A stretch of 59,578 bases of DNA, filler included. It is 5 parts of 5 records of this genome, joined end to end, with 100 filler letters (N's around TTAATTAATTAA, not from the genome) between each part and the next. Parts side by side here need not be neighbours in the genome. Positions count along the whole stretch, not along the records: positions 1 to 24,306 come from SRR31147125_10870; 4 more parts are not named here. One strand, written 5' to 3'. A program made the translations under genes and the position numbers. The notes under the pieces were generated by a model, which worked only from the letters and a program-made list of their open reading frames with translations, had not been told where the DNA came from and did not search any database. Each line of letters starts with the position of its first letter. Position 1 is the stretch's first letter. Positions 1 through 10,849 of this stretch are shown piece after piece.

Positions 1-1
1 A

Positions 2-784
2 GAACAGGTTCTTGAAGCACTTGGAAAATTCAAACAGGCAAGTGTGGCACCTGACATAATACCGCTCCTGAAAGACAAAGATGACGATGTAAGGGACGAA
101 GCCGCAGAAACACTGGGCGATCTGGGGAATCCGATTGCTATGCAGCCATTGCGTTCTCTGCTTTCGGATAAAAACTGGAAGGTGCAACGGACAAGTATAA
201 AGGCCCTTGGAAGATTAGGTGATTCGCAGGCAATCCCGATTATTACGGAAAAACTGAGCGATGATAGGTGGAGGTTGCGGGAAACAGCTGCCTGGGCGTT
301 GGGAAATATTCGTCATAAAGATGCGATGATTCCTCTGACCACTGGAATAAATGACAAAAATGATGAGGTGAGAGAAGAAATTGCAAAAGCTTTTGGTAAA
401 ATTGGCCATACTGATGCTGTTGTTCCACTAAAGAAACTATTGTTTGATGAAGAATCGGATGTTCGTGAAGAGGCAGCCAAGGCTTTGCTTTTAATTGACG
501 CACCATTATCATTCAAAGAATTAGAAAAAGCCCTTAGAGGAACCAATACAAAGGCAAAAATGGATATTTTGGAGGCGCTTGAAGATTATAAACAAAACAA
601 AGGTGTAGACCTTTTACGAATTGCTTTGAGTGATCCAAATACCAAAGTTCGCAGGAAAGCAGTACAGACTTGTAGAAAATATAATAAAGACCAGGCGATG
701 TCGCTTTTGCAGGAGGCTCTAAATGACCGGAGCGACTCGGTACGAAAAGAGGCTGCAGAATCTCTTGGTGAATTTTTCGACTAA
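2..784 (+). CDS. HEAT/PBS-lyase repeat protein, 5'-truncated at the window edge
   Basis: Tandem ~31-aa repeats of the form L.D....VR..AA.ALG.IG; the frame is open from base 2 (EQVLEALGKF...). Confidence 0.9.
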   Translation, partial: EQVLEALGKFKQASVAPDIIPLLKDKDDDVRDEAAETLGDLGNPIAMQPLRSLLSDKNWKVQRTSIKALGRLGDSQAIPIITEKLSDDRWRLRETAAWALGNIRHKDAMIPLTTGINDKNDEVREEIAKAFGKIGHTDAVVPLKKLLFDEESDVREEAAKALLLIDAPLSFKELEKALRGTNTKAKMDILEALEDYKQNKGVDLLRIALSDPNTKVRRKAVQTCRKYNKDQAMSLLQEALNDRSDSVRKEAAESLGEFFD

Positions 785-807
785 AAATGAACAGGAGTGA
801 TTTTTAG

Positions 808-2295
808 ATGAGCCTTAAATTTTTTGCTAAATGTTCATTTATAATATATGTATTAAACCTGAGTAATGCCAATGCAGGTAATCCGATTAATTTAAGCCTG
901 GAATCCGCAGTAGAGATTGCCATTAGTAACAGTTATCGATTCCGAATGCTAAAACTGGAAATTGAAAAATCGATTCTCAAATTAGAGGCTGAAAAAGCTG
1001 GATTAAAAACACAAATTTATATGAATCTGGAAACACCGGATTTGCAAAATATATCAGAGTATAAATGGAACTCGAATATTCATCGAGATGAAATCGTCAG
1101 GCAAAACACCTCCCGCTGGCAATCGGATTTGGTATTTAAACAACCTCTTATGCTTTTTGGGAAACCCACAAATGGTTTCTTTTCGCTCAACTATCGCACT
1201 TATCGCTATCTGCAAAAGGATGATGGCGAGAATGAACTGGATTATTATAATCGTCTCTACCTAAAATTTGAGCAACCCCTTTTTCTGGCGAATGAATTAA
1301 AATATGATCTGGAAGAGGCGGAATTAAATTTAAAAGACGTCAAATTGGAATATTACTCAGAATTGCTCGATATTATGGGAGATATATCAGATGATTATTT
1401 TGATATTTTTGAGCGAGAGTACGAAAATGTTATTTATGATCAACAATTGGAATTTCTTGGATCAGTTAGGGACATTTTAAACCAGGACCAAACGTCAGCT
1501 TCTGACAGAGATATGGAACACACTCAGGTAGATCTTGAAATATCTAACGTCCATGAAAATATTTTAAGCAATAAAAGTGATTTGCGTGGCCGATATGCCA
1601 ACTTGAAAATGCGGTTGAATCTATCGGATGAGGACTCTCTTTTTGTCTTACCGGAAATTCTGATAAAGCCTATTAATATTGACCTTGAACAGGCAATTCA
1701 TTTTGGCTTTACAAATAATCCTCAACTAAAACGATTGGATATTCGAAAACGTAAGTCTGAAATTGATGTAGAAAACGAGAAAAGCGATAATGCATTTCAT
1801 ATGGTACTGGAAATGACCTATGGGATTGAAAAGAAAGATGAACGAGTTAAACATTTATGGGAGGATGTTGATAACTCAAACTCCATAACACTGAATGCTT
1901 ATTTACCTCTGTGGGATGGTGGCCAACGAAAAAGGAACATACAGGCTGAACAGTTGAATCTGGCACAAGATGAATTACGGATTAAAGAAGAAAGACAAGA
2001 TATAGAAAAAGATATTATTAATTCTTACCGGGATTTAAAAGAATATTCTCAACGGCTAATAAATTTGACGCAAAGCATTGAATTATCAAACAAACTCACC
2101 AGGGATACAATTGAAAAGTACAAAACTCGTGAATTGGCCCTGGAAAGTTTGCTGCAGATTATTACGAGGACACGGGATACACAGGCTAAATTTCTGGACG
2201 TTTATATTGATTATAAACAGTCTATGCTTGAGTTGATGGAAGACACTTATTATGATTTTGATAATGATATATCACTCCTTGAGAGGTTTGAATAA
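808..2295 (+). CDS. TolC-family outer membrane efflux protein
   Basis: Signal peptide, LSLESAVEIAI start, second-half LEQAIHFGFTNNPQL, LPLWDGGQRK motif, long amphipathic helices; AGGAG RBS. Confidence 0.8.
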   Translation: MSLKFFAKCSFIIYVLNLSNANAGNPINLSLESAVEIAISNSYRFRMLKLEIEKSILKLEAEKAGLKTQIYMNLETPDLQNISEYKWNSNIHRDEIVRQNTSRWQSDLVFKQPLMLFGKPTNGFFSLNYRTYRYLQKDDGENELDYYNRLYLKFEQPLFLANELKYDLEEAELNLKDVKLEYYSELLDIMGDISDDYFDIFEREYENVIYDQQLEFLGSVRDILNQDQTSASDRDMEHTQVDLEISNVHENILSNKSDLRGRYANLKMRLNLSDEDSLFVLPEILIKPINIDLEQAIHFGFTNNPQLKRLDIRKRKSEIDVENEKSDNAFHMVLEMTYGIEKKDERVKHLWEDVDNSNSITLNAYLPLWDGGQRKRNIQAEQLNLAQDELRIKEERQDIEKDIINSYRDLKEYSQRLINLTQSIELSNKLTRDTIEKYKTRELALESLLQIITRTRDTQAKFLDVYIDYKQSMLELMEDTYYDFDNDISLLERFE

Positions 2296-2325
2296 GGAAC
2301 CGGCACGATGAGAATGATTACTAAC

Positions 2326-2510
2326 ATTGAGGAGGGTCAGGAAGTGGAACATGCGGTTAGGTACGCTTTGGAAGTCGGCTCTTGCAGTGGATACGGCTAC
2401 CACAGCTATCTGGCGGAGAATTCGTTGACGCGTGACCGTCCCGGCAGGCAGATTCACATCATCCTCGAGGTAACCGACAACGGCATACTAGCGTTGGTTA
2501 TCAACGTATC
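2326..2510 (+). pseudogene. Chimeric scar: aldo/keto reductase 5' fragment fused to a DUF1593-protein 3' fragment
   Basis: GQEVEHAVRYALEVG matches GQKVEHAVRYALETG of the 7953 ORF, with a 20-bp identity (2347-2366 = 8052-8071). GRQIHIILEVTDNG..VINV matches the C-terminus GKTFHIICEVTDTG...VVVEI of the 8913 ORF. Confidence 0.75.
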
Positions 2511-2555
2511 GACTATAACATTCAATAGCACATAAACACATTCAAGGAAGATATT

Positions 2556-4522
2556 ATGAAATCAAAAATTACTATCACTAGAATGACTCTACTCTGTCGT
2601 GCCATCGCCTGTGTTATTGTTGTGTTCGCATTTGGGGCTACTTCCTTTGCGCAGACCAACATGACGCGCAATACTGACGGCGACGGTCGTGTGACGATCT
2701 CAGGTGAACTCCAACAGTGGCACAAAGTCACCCTCGACCTTGCCGGGCCGTATGCTCAAGAGAAAGATACGGCTCCAAATCCGTTCACCGATTACCGCTT
2801 TACCGTCACATTCGAACATGAATCCGGCGCTCCCAAATATTTAGTACCAGGCTACTTTGCTGCCGATGGACACGCTGCTGAATCGGGCGCCGAGTCCGGC
2901 AATGTGTGGCGCGCCCACCTTTCGCCGGACAGAGCAGGTCAATGGTCTTACCGAATTTCGTTTGAAAGTGGCACCGGAGTAGCGATTTCTGACTTGCCAG
3001 GAGAAAGAGTTGCTCCGTACCATGGAAAGACCGGATCATTCACTATCAAGCCAACAGACAAGTCAGGGAGAGATTTTCGTGGAAAAGGGCGGCTTCAATA
3101 TGTTGGGCGTCATCACCTGCAGTTTGCCGGTACCGGTGAGTATTTCCTCAAAGCAGGCCCGGATTCTCCCGAAACACTGTTGGGATCAGCCGACTTTGAT
3201 AATACCATTGCGCTAAAAGAAAAAAAGGTTCCGCTAAAAAATGGGCTGCTCACGTAAATGACTGGAAAAGTGGCGATCCGGTGTGGCGTGGTAACCGAGG
3301 CAAAGGGCTGATTGGCGCACTCAATTATCTCGCTGGAAAAGGCCTGAACTCAATCTCTTTTCTTCCTTATAATGCCGGAGGTGATGGCGATAATGTGTGG
3401 CCGTTTGTTGAACGTGAAAACAAATTGCATTACGATTGCTCCAAGCTGGACCAATGGGAAATTGTATTTGCTCATGCCCAAAAACTCGGATTGCACCTGC
3501 ATTTTAAGTTGCAGGAAAATGAGATGGATGATGAGAGGAAACGTAGTGGTGCAATGATTTTTGACATTCCCAAACCATCCGATGATGCCGTTGTAGTTCC
3601 TGAAGCACTCGACGGTGGTGACACTGGCCCTGAGCGCAGGCTTTATTTGCGTGAACTTGTCGCTCGTTTTGGTCACCATCTTGCACTTAACTGGAACCTT
3701 GGCGAAGAAAATACTCAGACTACTGAACAACAACGAGCGATGTCGCAGTACATACGAGACACCGATCCCTATTCTCATAATATGGTCATCCACACCTATC
3801 CAAATATGCATGAACGTGTTTACGAGCCGCTCCTTGGAAACGGATCAGTGCTAACAGGTGCTTCGCTGCAAAACATGTGGAATATCACGCACGCGCGCAC
3901 GGTGCAATGGGTAAAAGCTTCAGCTCAGGCTGGTCGGCCGTGGGTTGTAGCAAACGATGAACAGGGTTCTGCAAGTCTTGGAGTTCCGCCAGATCCTGGA
4001 TACGAAGGATTTAGCGGTACAGCCGGAGAAGGAGACGAAAAATACGATTTACATGACATTCGCCGTTACACACTTTGGGGAAACCTTATGGCTGGCGGAG
4101 CCGGTGTGGAATACTATTTCGGCTATCGACTCGTACAGAACGACCTTGTAGCCGAGGACTTTCGCAGCCGTGACAAGTCATGGGATTATTGCCGCATTGC
4201 GCTTGACTTCTTCAAAGATGAGAAAATCCCGTTCTGGGAGATGGAAAATGCGGATAAACTTGTGGGTAATTTCTCACACAGCAACTCTCTCTATTGTTTC
4301 GCCAGCCGGAGCGAACTTTATCTTGTCTATCTGCCACATGGCGGTGATGCTACTCTGGATATGACATTGGCACCTGGTGAGTTCAACGTTTCCTGGTTTA
4401 ATCCTCGTGAAGGTGGTCCTATCGAATCTGAGATGATCATCGGTGGTGGTCAGCCTGTCTTACTCACCGCACCGTCGGAGAAAAATGACTGGCTTGCGGT
4501 TGTACGGCGCCGGAAACCCTGA
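2556..4522 (+). CDS. Secreted DUF5060-domain putative glycoside hydrolase, split by a 1-nt frameshift at ~3240
   Basis: Signal peptide; GELQQWHKVTL, PGYFAADG, WNLGEEN, W..ANDEQG and WGNLMAGGAGVEYYFG motifs. Adding one A to the A-run at 3236-3241 joins the two ORFs (PLKKWAAHVNDWKSGDPVWRG). Confidence 0.8.
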
Positions 4523-4567
4523 GTTGAAGCATTTATTGTCATTTTTAAAATGATAGGAAGTTAGTAT

Positions 4568-5986
4568 ATGAAAAAGAATATATCGATCCAATTTATGATT
4601 GCGCTGCTGTTTTTTGTGAGTCTGTTTGTGTCAATGAACGTGCCGGTGTCCGCTCAGGAAATACCTGCGTTTCCAGGAGCCGAGGGATTCGGTGCCAAAG
4701 CCACGGGAGGTCGAGGCGGCCGAGTGATCGCGGTAACCAACTTGAATGATTCCGGACCGGGTAGCCTCCGTGCTGCTTTGGAAGAAGAGGGACCTCGAAC
4801 AGTTATCTTTCGTGTTTCGGGAAACATCGCCTTAAAGTCGCGACTAAGAATCAGTAACGGCGACATCACCATCGCGGGCCAGACCGCGCCTGGCGACGGT
4901 ATCTGTCTGCAGGACAACGCTCTCGACATTTCGAACGTTAACAATGTGATTCTCCGATACATACGCGTTCGCCCAGGCGATTCCTCCGGAGAAGGGTTGG
5001 ATGCGATTGGCGGGCGGGATTGCGAAAACGTCATCATCGACCACTGTTCGGCCAGTTGGAGTGTGGATGAGTGCGTTTCTTTCTATCGGGGCGTACGCAA
5101 TTTCACCGTGCAATGGTGTTTGGTAAGCGAGAGCCTTTGCCAGTCTGTACACGTAAAAGGTCGTCACGGCTTCGGTGGCATCTGGGGCGGTAACAATACT
5201 TCATGGCATCACAACCTACTGGCGCACCATACCAGTCGGAATCCGCGTATATCCGGCAATCAACCCGTGGTACAGACCCCAGACATACGTAACAACGTCA
5301 TCTACAATTGGGGCCACAATAGCACATACGGCGGAGATGGCGACGTTCGTGTCAACCTGATCAACAACGTTTACAAGCCGGGCCCCGCCACCCGCAAGAA
5401 TGTCCGCACCCGCGTGGCCAACCCCTCCAGGGGCGATGGACAGCAACGCTGGTGGCTTTCCGGCAACCTCGTCGTCGGATCGCCTGATGTTACGGCTGAC
5501 AACTGGCTTGGACTCCATCCCAATCCTGGCCTCTCCGTTGACTACTTCCGTGCCGACGGTCCGTTCCAGGCCGCGCCAATCACCACCCAATCCGCAGAAG
5601 AGGCTTATGAACTGGTGTTGGTGAACGCGGGGGCCACTTTGCCCCGGCGCGATTCACTCGATGCGCGGATTGTTGAAGAAGTCCGGACTGGCACAGCTCG
5701 TTTTGGCGAAACCTATGACGGCGGAGGCAAGGGAATTATTGATTCACCACAGACTGTGGGCGGCTGGCCGGAGCTGCGCTCCACGGCAGCGCCACCAGAT
5801 TCAGACGGTGATGGCATGCCCGACGCATGGGAAAGCAAGTTCGGATTCGATCCCAAAGACGCTAGCGTCAACACACAGGATAAGGATAAAGACGGTTATA
5901 CCAACCTCGAAGAGTATCTGAATGGCACCGACCCGACCGTATTTGTCGACTATACCAGGCCAGAGAACAACATTAATACGCTGTAG
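4568..5986 (+). CDS. Pectate lyase-like protein (PL1 beta-helix)
   Basis: AFPGAEGFGA.ATGGRGGRV.VTNLNDSGPGSLR, IAGQTAPGDGI, IIDHCSASWSVDE, RNPR and DSDGDGMPDAWE motifs; signal peptide. Confidence 0.9.
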   Translation: MKKNISIQFMIALLFFVSLFVSMNVPVSAQEIPAFPGAEGFGAKATGGRGGRVIAVTNLNDSGPGSLRAALEEEGPRTVIFRVSGNIALKSRLRISNGDITIAGQTAPGDGICLQDNALDISNVNNVILRYIRVRPGDSSGEGLDAIGGRDCENVIIDHCSASWSVDECVSFYRGVRNFTVQWCLVSESLCQSVHVKGRHGFGGIWGGNNTSWHHNLLAHHTSRNPRISGNQPVVQTPDIRNNVIYNWGHNSTYGGDGDVRVNLINNVYKPGPATRKNVRTRVANPSRGDGQQRWWLSGNLVVGSPDVTADNWLGLHPNPGLSVDYFRADGPFQAAPITTQSAEEAYELVLVNAGATLPRRDSLDARIVEEVRTGTARFGETYDGGGKGIIDSPQTVGGWPELRSTAAPPDSDGDGMPDAWESKFGFDPKDASVNTQDKDKDGYTNLEEYLNGTDPTVFVDYTRPENNINTL

Positions 5987-6025
5987 TAAGTGCTGTGGTT
6001 AGAGTCATGATTTTGAGGACAGTGA

Positions 6026-7432
6026 ATGATTAATCTAATCTTATTGAAGAAAGTAAATCGCATGGCAAAAAAGACAACCTGCATGATTATGATCTTAGCA
6101 TTGGTTTTTACAGCCATTCTGTCGGGATCTATTATCTCAACGGTATCCGCGCAGGAACTATTGGCTTTTCCGGGGGCCGAAGGTTTCGGCGCCTACGCTA
6201 AAGGTGGACGCGGCGGAAAGGTCCTTCACGTCAACAACCTTGATGATAAAGGTCCCGGGAGCTTGCGGTGGGCTATAGAACAAAAAGGTCCGCGAACGAT
6301 CGTGTTTGATATATCCGGTACGATAGAACTCAAGGATAGACTCGATATCAAAAATCCCTATGTCACCATCGCTGGTCAGACGGCACCTGGTGATGGAATT
6401 TGCCTGAAAGGCGAAACGTTTCTCATCGCAACGCATGATGTCATCGTTCGCTATATTCGTTGTCGCCTGGGCGATGCGAAACATGGAATAGGAAGTCTCC
6501 AGGGCAAGGATGCCATTAGCATTTCAATGGGTGAGGATATTATAGTGGATCACTGCTCCGGCAGTTGGAGCCTGGATGAAGTGCTTTCCAGCTCAACCAG
6601 CAAACCAACTCTTACTAATGTAACCGTCCAGTGGTGTTTCATCACCGAGGGTTTGAATCCAAGTAAACATGGCTTTGGATCCTTAATTCGCGGAACGGGT
6701 GGAGCGAAATACAGCTATATCCATAATCTCTATGCTCATAATCGCGGCCGTAACCCGAGACCGGGCAATTATGATCGTAATCCGCACAACAAGGATCCAA
6801 AAGGATTGTTGCTCGATTTCAGGAATAACGTGATTTATAACTGGGGTGGTGAATATGCCGGTTACAACAATGACTCGGAAAGCGTTACACGGCTAAACTA
6901 TATAGGGAATTATCTGATTCCCGGCGCAAATTCGGAGGACAACGGAATCGCCTATTCCACGGGTTCGCCATACAATCGTTCGTATTTCGCGGGTAACTAT
7001 TACAACGGAAAGCTTGTGAAAAATCAATGGAGTCTGGTCAAGTTTCGCGATTCCTGGTCCAAGGAAAACATCCGCGCCTACAAACAAAGCCAGCCATTCG
7101 AAACGAGATTGATAACCGAGGGGGATGCGCCCACAGCATACAAACGTGTACTGGACAGTGGCGGCGCCAGCCTGCCAAAACGCGATGCTGTAGATGAACG
7201 TGTGGTGAATTCCGTCCGGAATCGTACCGGAAAAATCATCAAGAGCCAGGAGGATGTCGGCGGTTGGCCCGAACTCAAATCCGCTCCGGCAGTCGCAGAT
7301 ACAGACCGCGATGGCATGCCAGACTCGTGGGAGAATGTAAATGGCTTGAATCCCAATGATCCGGAAGATAGAAACAATATTACTCCTGATGGCTATACTA
7401 TGTTGGAAAATTATATAAATAGTATGCAATAA
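6026..7432 (+). CDS. Second pectate lyase-like protein (PL1), tandem paralog
   Basis: Same motif set (AFPGAEGFG, GGRGGKV, IVDHCSGSWSLDE, RNPR, DTDRDGMPDSWE). Confidence 0.9.
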   Translation: MINLILLKKVNRMAKKTTCMIMILALVFTAILSGSIISTVSAQELLAFPGAEGFGAYAKGGRGGKVLHVNNLDDKGPGSLRWAIEQKGPRTIVFDISGTIELKDRLDIKNPYVTIAGQTAPGDGICLKGETFLIATHDVIVRYIRCRLGDAKHGIGSLQGKDAISISMGEDIIVDHCSGSWSLDEVLSSSTSKPTLTNVTVQWCFITEGLNPSKHGFGSLIRGTGGAKYSYIHNLYAHNRGRNPRPGNYDRNPHNKDPKGLLLDFRNNVIYNWGGEYAGYNNDSESVTRLNYIGNYLIPGANSEDNGIAYSTGSPYNRSYFAGNYYNGKLVKNQWSLVKFRDSWSKENIRAYKQSQPFETRLITEGDAPTAYKRVLDSGGASLPKRDAVDERVVNSVRNRTGKIIKSQEDVGGWPELKSAPAVADTDRDGMPDSWENVNGLNPNDPEDRNNITPDGYTMLENYINSMQ

Positions 7433-7445
7433 TAAAGGATCAATC

Positions 7446-7895
7446 ATGAAAAACAAAAGAGTCATAACGACAGGCATAGTCGCTTTCACAATTTTACTGA
7501 TTTTCCTTACAAATCAAAGAGCGAATACGTTTTCACCTGTAAAAGAAAAAAATAAAAATGAAGCCACTTTGAAAAGTGCAGAGCAGGTTGATACATCACC
7601 CGGTATCATCAAGGGTGCATCTATCGAGATGATAAATGGCCGCAGAGGATATGACCTGGATGGACGAGAAATTGTTACTAAACATTTTGCTGTACGAATT
7701 ACCAAACCGGATAATCCATTTCGGCCACACAAACATGAGCAGCCTGAATTGTGGTTTATTGTAGAAGGAAATGGAACAGTCATTCTTAATGGTATTGAAT
7801 ATGAGGTGGAAGCCAATGATCTGATTATCCTTGATCCGTGGGTAGAACATGGTTTGAGTACGACTAGCCAGGTGACCTGGATTTGTATAGGTTAG
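7446..7895 (+). CDS. Cupin-domain protein with an N-terminal signal/anchor
   Basis: PHKHEQPELWFIVEGNG...DLIILDPWVEHG is the two-motif metal-binding cupin signature. Confidence 0.8.
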   Translation: MKNKRVITTGIVAFTILLIFLTNQRANTFSPVKEKNKNEATLKSAEQVDTSPGIIKGASIEMINGRRGYDLDGREIVTKHFAVRITKPDNPFRPHKHEQPELWFIVEGNGTVILNGIEYEVEANDLIILDPWVEHGLSTTSQVTWICIG

Positions 7896-7952
7896 TAAGA
7901 TGCAATAATTTATTTCACGTTAGACGGTTTTACACGACAGGAGATTAACAAG

Positions 7953-8783
7953 TTGATTAGCAGCATAAAAGATTGCACGACATTAAATAACGGGCTTGAA
8001 ATGCCCTGGTTGGGATTTGGCGTTTTTCAGATAAACGATGGGCAGAAAGTAGAACATGCGGTTAGGTACGCCCTGGAAACCGGTTATCGCAGTATTGACA
8101 CGGCAGCTGTCTATGGAAATGAACGCGGCGTTGGTAAAGCGATCCGGGAGAGCGGTATCACGCGTGAGGATATCTTTTTGACCACCAAGGTATGGAATGA
8201 TGACCAGCGCAAGAAGCGAATAGTGGCGGCATTTGAAGAAAGCCTGGAGCGTCTGGAGACCGAGTACGTGGATTTGTACCTGATTCATTGGCCCGTGAAA
8301 GATTGTTATCAGGAGACGTGGAAGGTGATGGAAGAGATTTATCAAAGCGGTCGCGCCAAAGCCATTGGCGTCAGTAATTTTCTGATACATCATCTTGATG
8401 ATATTTTACGTGATAGCCAGATAGTCCCCACCGTGAATCAGGTGGAATTCCATCCGTTTCTTGTTCAATCCGACCTATTACAATTCTGCCAGAGCCACGA
8501 GATTCAGGTGGAAGCCTGGAGTCCTTTAATGCGGGGACAGATTGTCACTAAACCAGCTGTTCAAAAACTGGCTGAAAAGTATCAAAAGACCCCGGCGCAG
8601 ATTGCTCTACACTGGGATTTGCAGCATGAGGTGGTAACGATTCCCAAATCATCCCACCCCGACCGTATTGTAGAGAATTCTCAGATTTTCGACTTTGAGC
8701 TTTCTCAGGCAGACATGGATGTATTGGACGCCCTGGATGAAGGAAAACACATTGGCCCGGATCCGGCTAATTTCAATTTTTAA
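7953..8783 (+). CDS. Aldo/keto reductase (DkgA/YvgN-like)
   Basis: LNNG.EMP.LGFG, GYRSIDTAAVYGNE, DLYLIHWP, AIGVSNF, NQVEFHP and IPKS motifs; TTG start with a GGAG RBS. Confidence 0.95.
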   Translation: MISSIKDCTTLNNGLEMPWLGFGVFQINDGQKVEHAVRYALETGYRSIDTAAVYGNERGVGKAIRESGITREDIFLTTKVWNDDQRKKRIVAAFEESLERLETEYVDLYLIHWPVKDCYQETWKVMEEIYQSGRAKAIGVSNFLIHHLDDILRDSQIVPTVNQVEFHPFLVQSDLLQFCQSHEIQVEAWSPLMRGQIVTKPAVQKLAEKYQKTPAQIALHWDLQHEVVTIPKSSHPDRIVENSQIFDFELSQADMDVLDALDEGKHIGPDPANFNF

Positions 8784-8912
8784 CAATAGTAGATAAATTT
8801 AGGCGAAACAGTTTTTTTTATTTTTTCGATACACCGTGAAATAAATGATAATGGTTCCAAATAAATCTATCTGGGAATCACATATTCGTTTTAAATAAAG
8901 GAGAAACCTGCC

Positions 8913-10367
8913 ATGAAAGAATCGAGAATTTTGTTGAATGCATTATTGATTCTACTCTGTGTGATTTTTACCAATTTTGCGTGTACACAGAACGCAAAAG
9001 TTTCGGAGAAACCACGCGTTATTGTCACGAGTGACGGGGAGATTGATGACGAATGTTCCATGGTCCGTTGCCTGCTTTATTCCAATGAATGGGATATCGA
9101 GGCTATTGTTACATCGAGTTCACAATACCACTGGCATGGACACAGATGGGCCGGGGATGACTGGATTGAGCCATATCTGGATGCCTATACGCAGGTTTAT
9201 CCAAATCTGGTGAAACATGATGCAGAATATCCGACGCCGGAATACCTGCGGGAACGGACGGCTTTGGGGAACGTAGAGACAGAAGGGGAAATGGATAAAG
9301 TAACAGCGGGATCGCAGCTTATTGTAAAGGTGCTGTTGGACGAGACTGACGATCGGCCGATTTGGTTGCAAGCGTGGGGCGGAACGAATACGATTGCTAG
9401 GGCATTGAAGACGATCGAGGAGGAGTATCCGGAAAGGATGGCTGAGGTGGCAAAAAAGATGCGGTTCTTCTTTATCTGGGAGCAGGATTCGACTTATCAG
9501 GCCTACATTCGGCCGCACTGGGGAAAATATGAGATTACCACGATTATTTCCGATCAGTTTGAAGCGATTGCGTATCGATGGAAGAATTGTCAGCCCAAAG
9601 AAAAACACACGTATTTCGTCGGGGCGTGGATGAAGGAAAATATACTGGAAAACCATGGGCCGCTATGCTCACTCTACAAGGCACATAAAGATGGAAAAGA
9701 GGGATTTGATGATGGGGATTTTCGATCGGAAGGTGATTCACCAGCGTTTCTGCATCAGATCGTCACCGGTTTGCGGAACCTGGAGTCACCAGACTGGGGC
9801 GGTTGGGGCGGCCGTTATGTGCAGGTGCGTGAGAACACGTGGCTCGATCCGGTGCCGTTTAAAGGATATGTGTATCCCGAAGGGCGGTGGTATACAAAGA
9901 CAGCGTGGGGACGAAATAGTTCGAGAAAGGGCGCAACAACAGCCACAAACAAGCAGCACCGGGACTATTTTAAACCCATGTGGAGGTGGTCGGATGCTCT
10001 GCAAAATGACTTTGCCTCACGGGGCGACTGGTGCGTGAAATCGTATGAGGAGGCCAATCATGCACCAATGGTTGTACTGGGACATGCGGCAGACCTGAAG
10101 GTGAAGCCGGGCGATACTGTAAAATTGAGCGCACAGGGAACGAGCGATCCGGACGGTGACAAGCTTTCGTATCATTGGTGGCAATACGAAAAAGCAGATA
10201 CCTACGATGGAACCATTAAAATCCGGAATGCCGGGAAACAGGATGCTTCGTTCACGGTGCCCGGCGATAACGTCAAAGGGAAAACTTTCCATATTATCTG
10301 CGAGGTGACGGATACCGGCACACCCCCATTGACAAGGTATCAGCGTGTAGTTGTAGAGATTGAATAG
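8913..10367 (+). CDS. DUF1593 (Sde182 nucleoside-hydrolase-like) secreted protein or lipoprotein
   Basis: KPRVIVTSDGEIDD, WGGTNTIARAL, EGDSPAFL and WGGWGGRY motifs; C-terminal Ig-like DPDGD...HIICEVTDTGTPPLTRYQRV. Confidence 0.85.
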   Translation: MKESRILLNALLILLCVIFTNFACTQNAKVSEKPRVIVTSDGEIDDECSMVRCLLYSNEWDIEAIVTSSSQYHWHGHRWAGDDWIEPYLDAYTQVYPNLVKHDAEYPTPEYLRERTALGNVETEGEMDKVTAGSQLIVKVLLDETDDRPIWLQAWGGTNTIARALKTIEEEYPERMAEVAKKMRFFFIWEQDSTYQAYIRPHWGKYEITTIISDQFEAIAYRWKNCQPKEKHTYFVGAWMKENILENHGPLCSLYKAHKDGKEGFDDGDFRSEGDSPAFLHQIVTGLRNLESPDWGGWGGRYVQVRENTWLDPVPFKGYVYPEGRWYTKTAWGRNSSRKGATTATNKQHRDYFKPMWRWSDALQNDFASRGDWCVKSYEEANHAPMVVLGHAADLKVKPGDTVKLSAQGTSDPDGDKLSYHWWQYEKADTYDGTIKIRNAGKQDASFTVPGDNVKGKTFHIICEVTDTGTPPLTRYQRVVVEIE

Positions 10368-10435
10368 CCATTTCGTTTTGCAGATCTACTGATTTACAAT
10401 AGTACAATTATATTGTCTTATCGATTGTTTTTTTA

Positions 10436-10789
10436 CCACGGATTGCCTTTTTACGCAACATTGTCGAGAGTGGTCCTGAAGAAGGATTAGAGCCCCTGGA
10501 TCACTATTACCTCCGCAATGCTGCCGGCAAATACGGCGAATACTATCTCTACTATTTTGGTAAAGAAAGACGGAAAGAATGGGAGTTTAAACTGCCGGAT
10601 GAGGCGCTTAAAGATGGGATGAAGTTTCAGGTAGATCTGATCGATACCTGGAACATGACTATCAAACCGGTAAAGGGAGTTTTTGAAATTGAAAAATTGA
10701 ATAACTATCATTTTATCGATAAAAAACACTCCACGATCAAAATGCCGGGTAAACCTTATATGGCCTTGAGGTTACGCTGGATAGATTAG
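10436..10789 (+). pseudogene. Start-less 3' remnant of a DUF5605-type glycoside hydrolase gene
   Basis: Translates cleanly as PRIAFLRNIVE...YYLYYFG...VDLIDTWNMTI...MPGKPYMALRL*. There is no in-frame start codon between the stop at 10400-10402 and this homologous segment. Not in the ORF track. Confidence 0.7.
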
Positions 10790-10849
10790 TATGGGCCGAA
10801 TTAAAAATCGTTTTATGTCAAGTTAATTCATAAAGATAAAAGGATTGGG

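Noticed and set aside
2308-2535. 75-aa ORF as a novel small protein
   Set aside because: Explained as a fusion of AKR and DUF1593 remnants.
3230-3245. Programmed frameshifting or phase variation at A-runs
   Set aside because: Similar indels hit many unrelated genes, including hypE, and the runs are short; sequencing error is more parsimonious.
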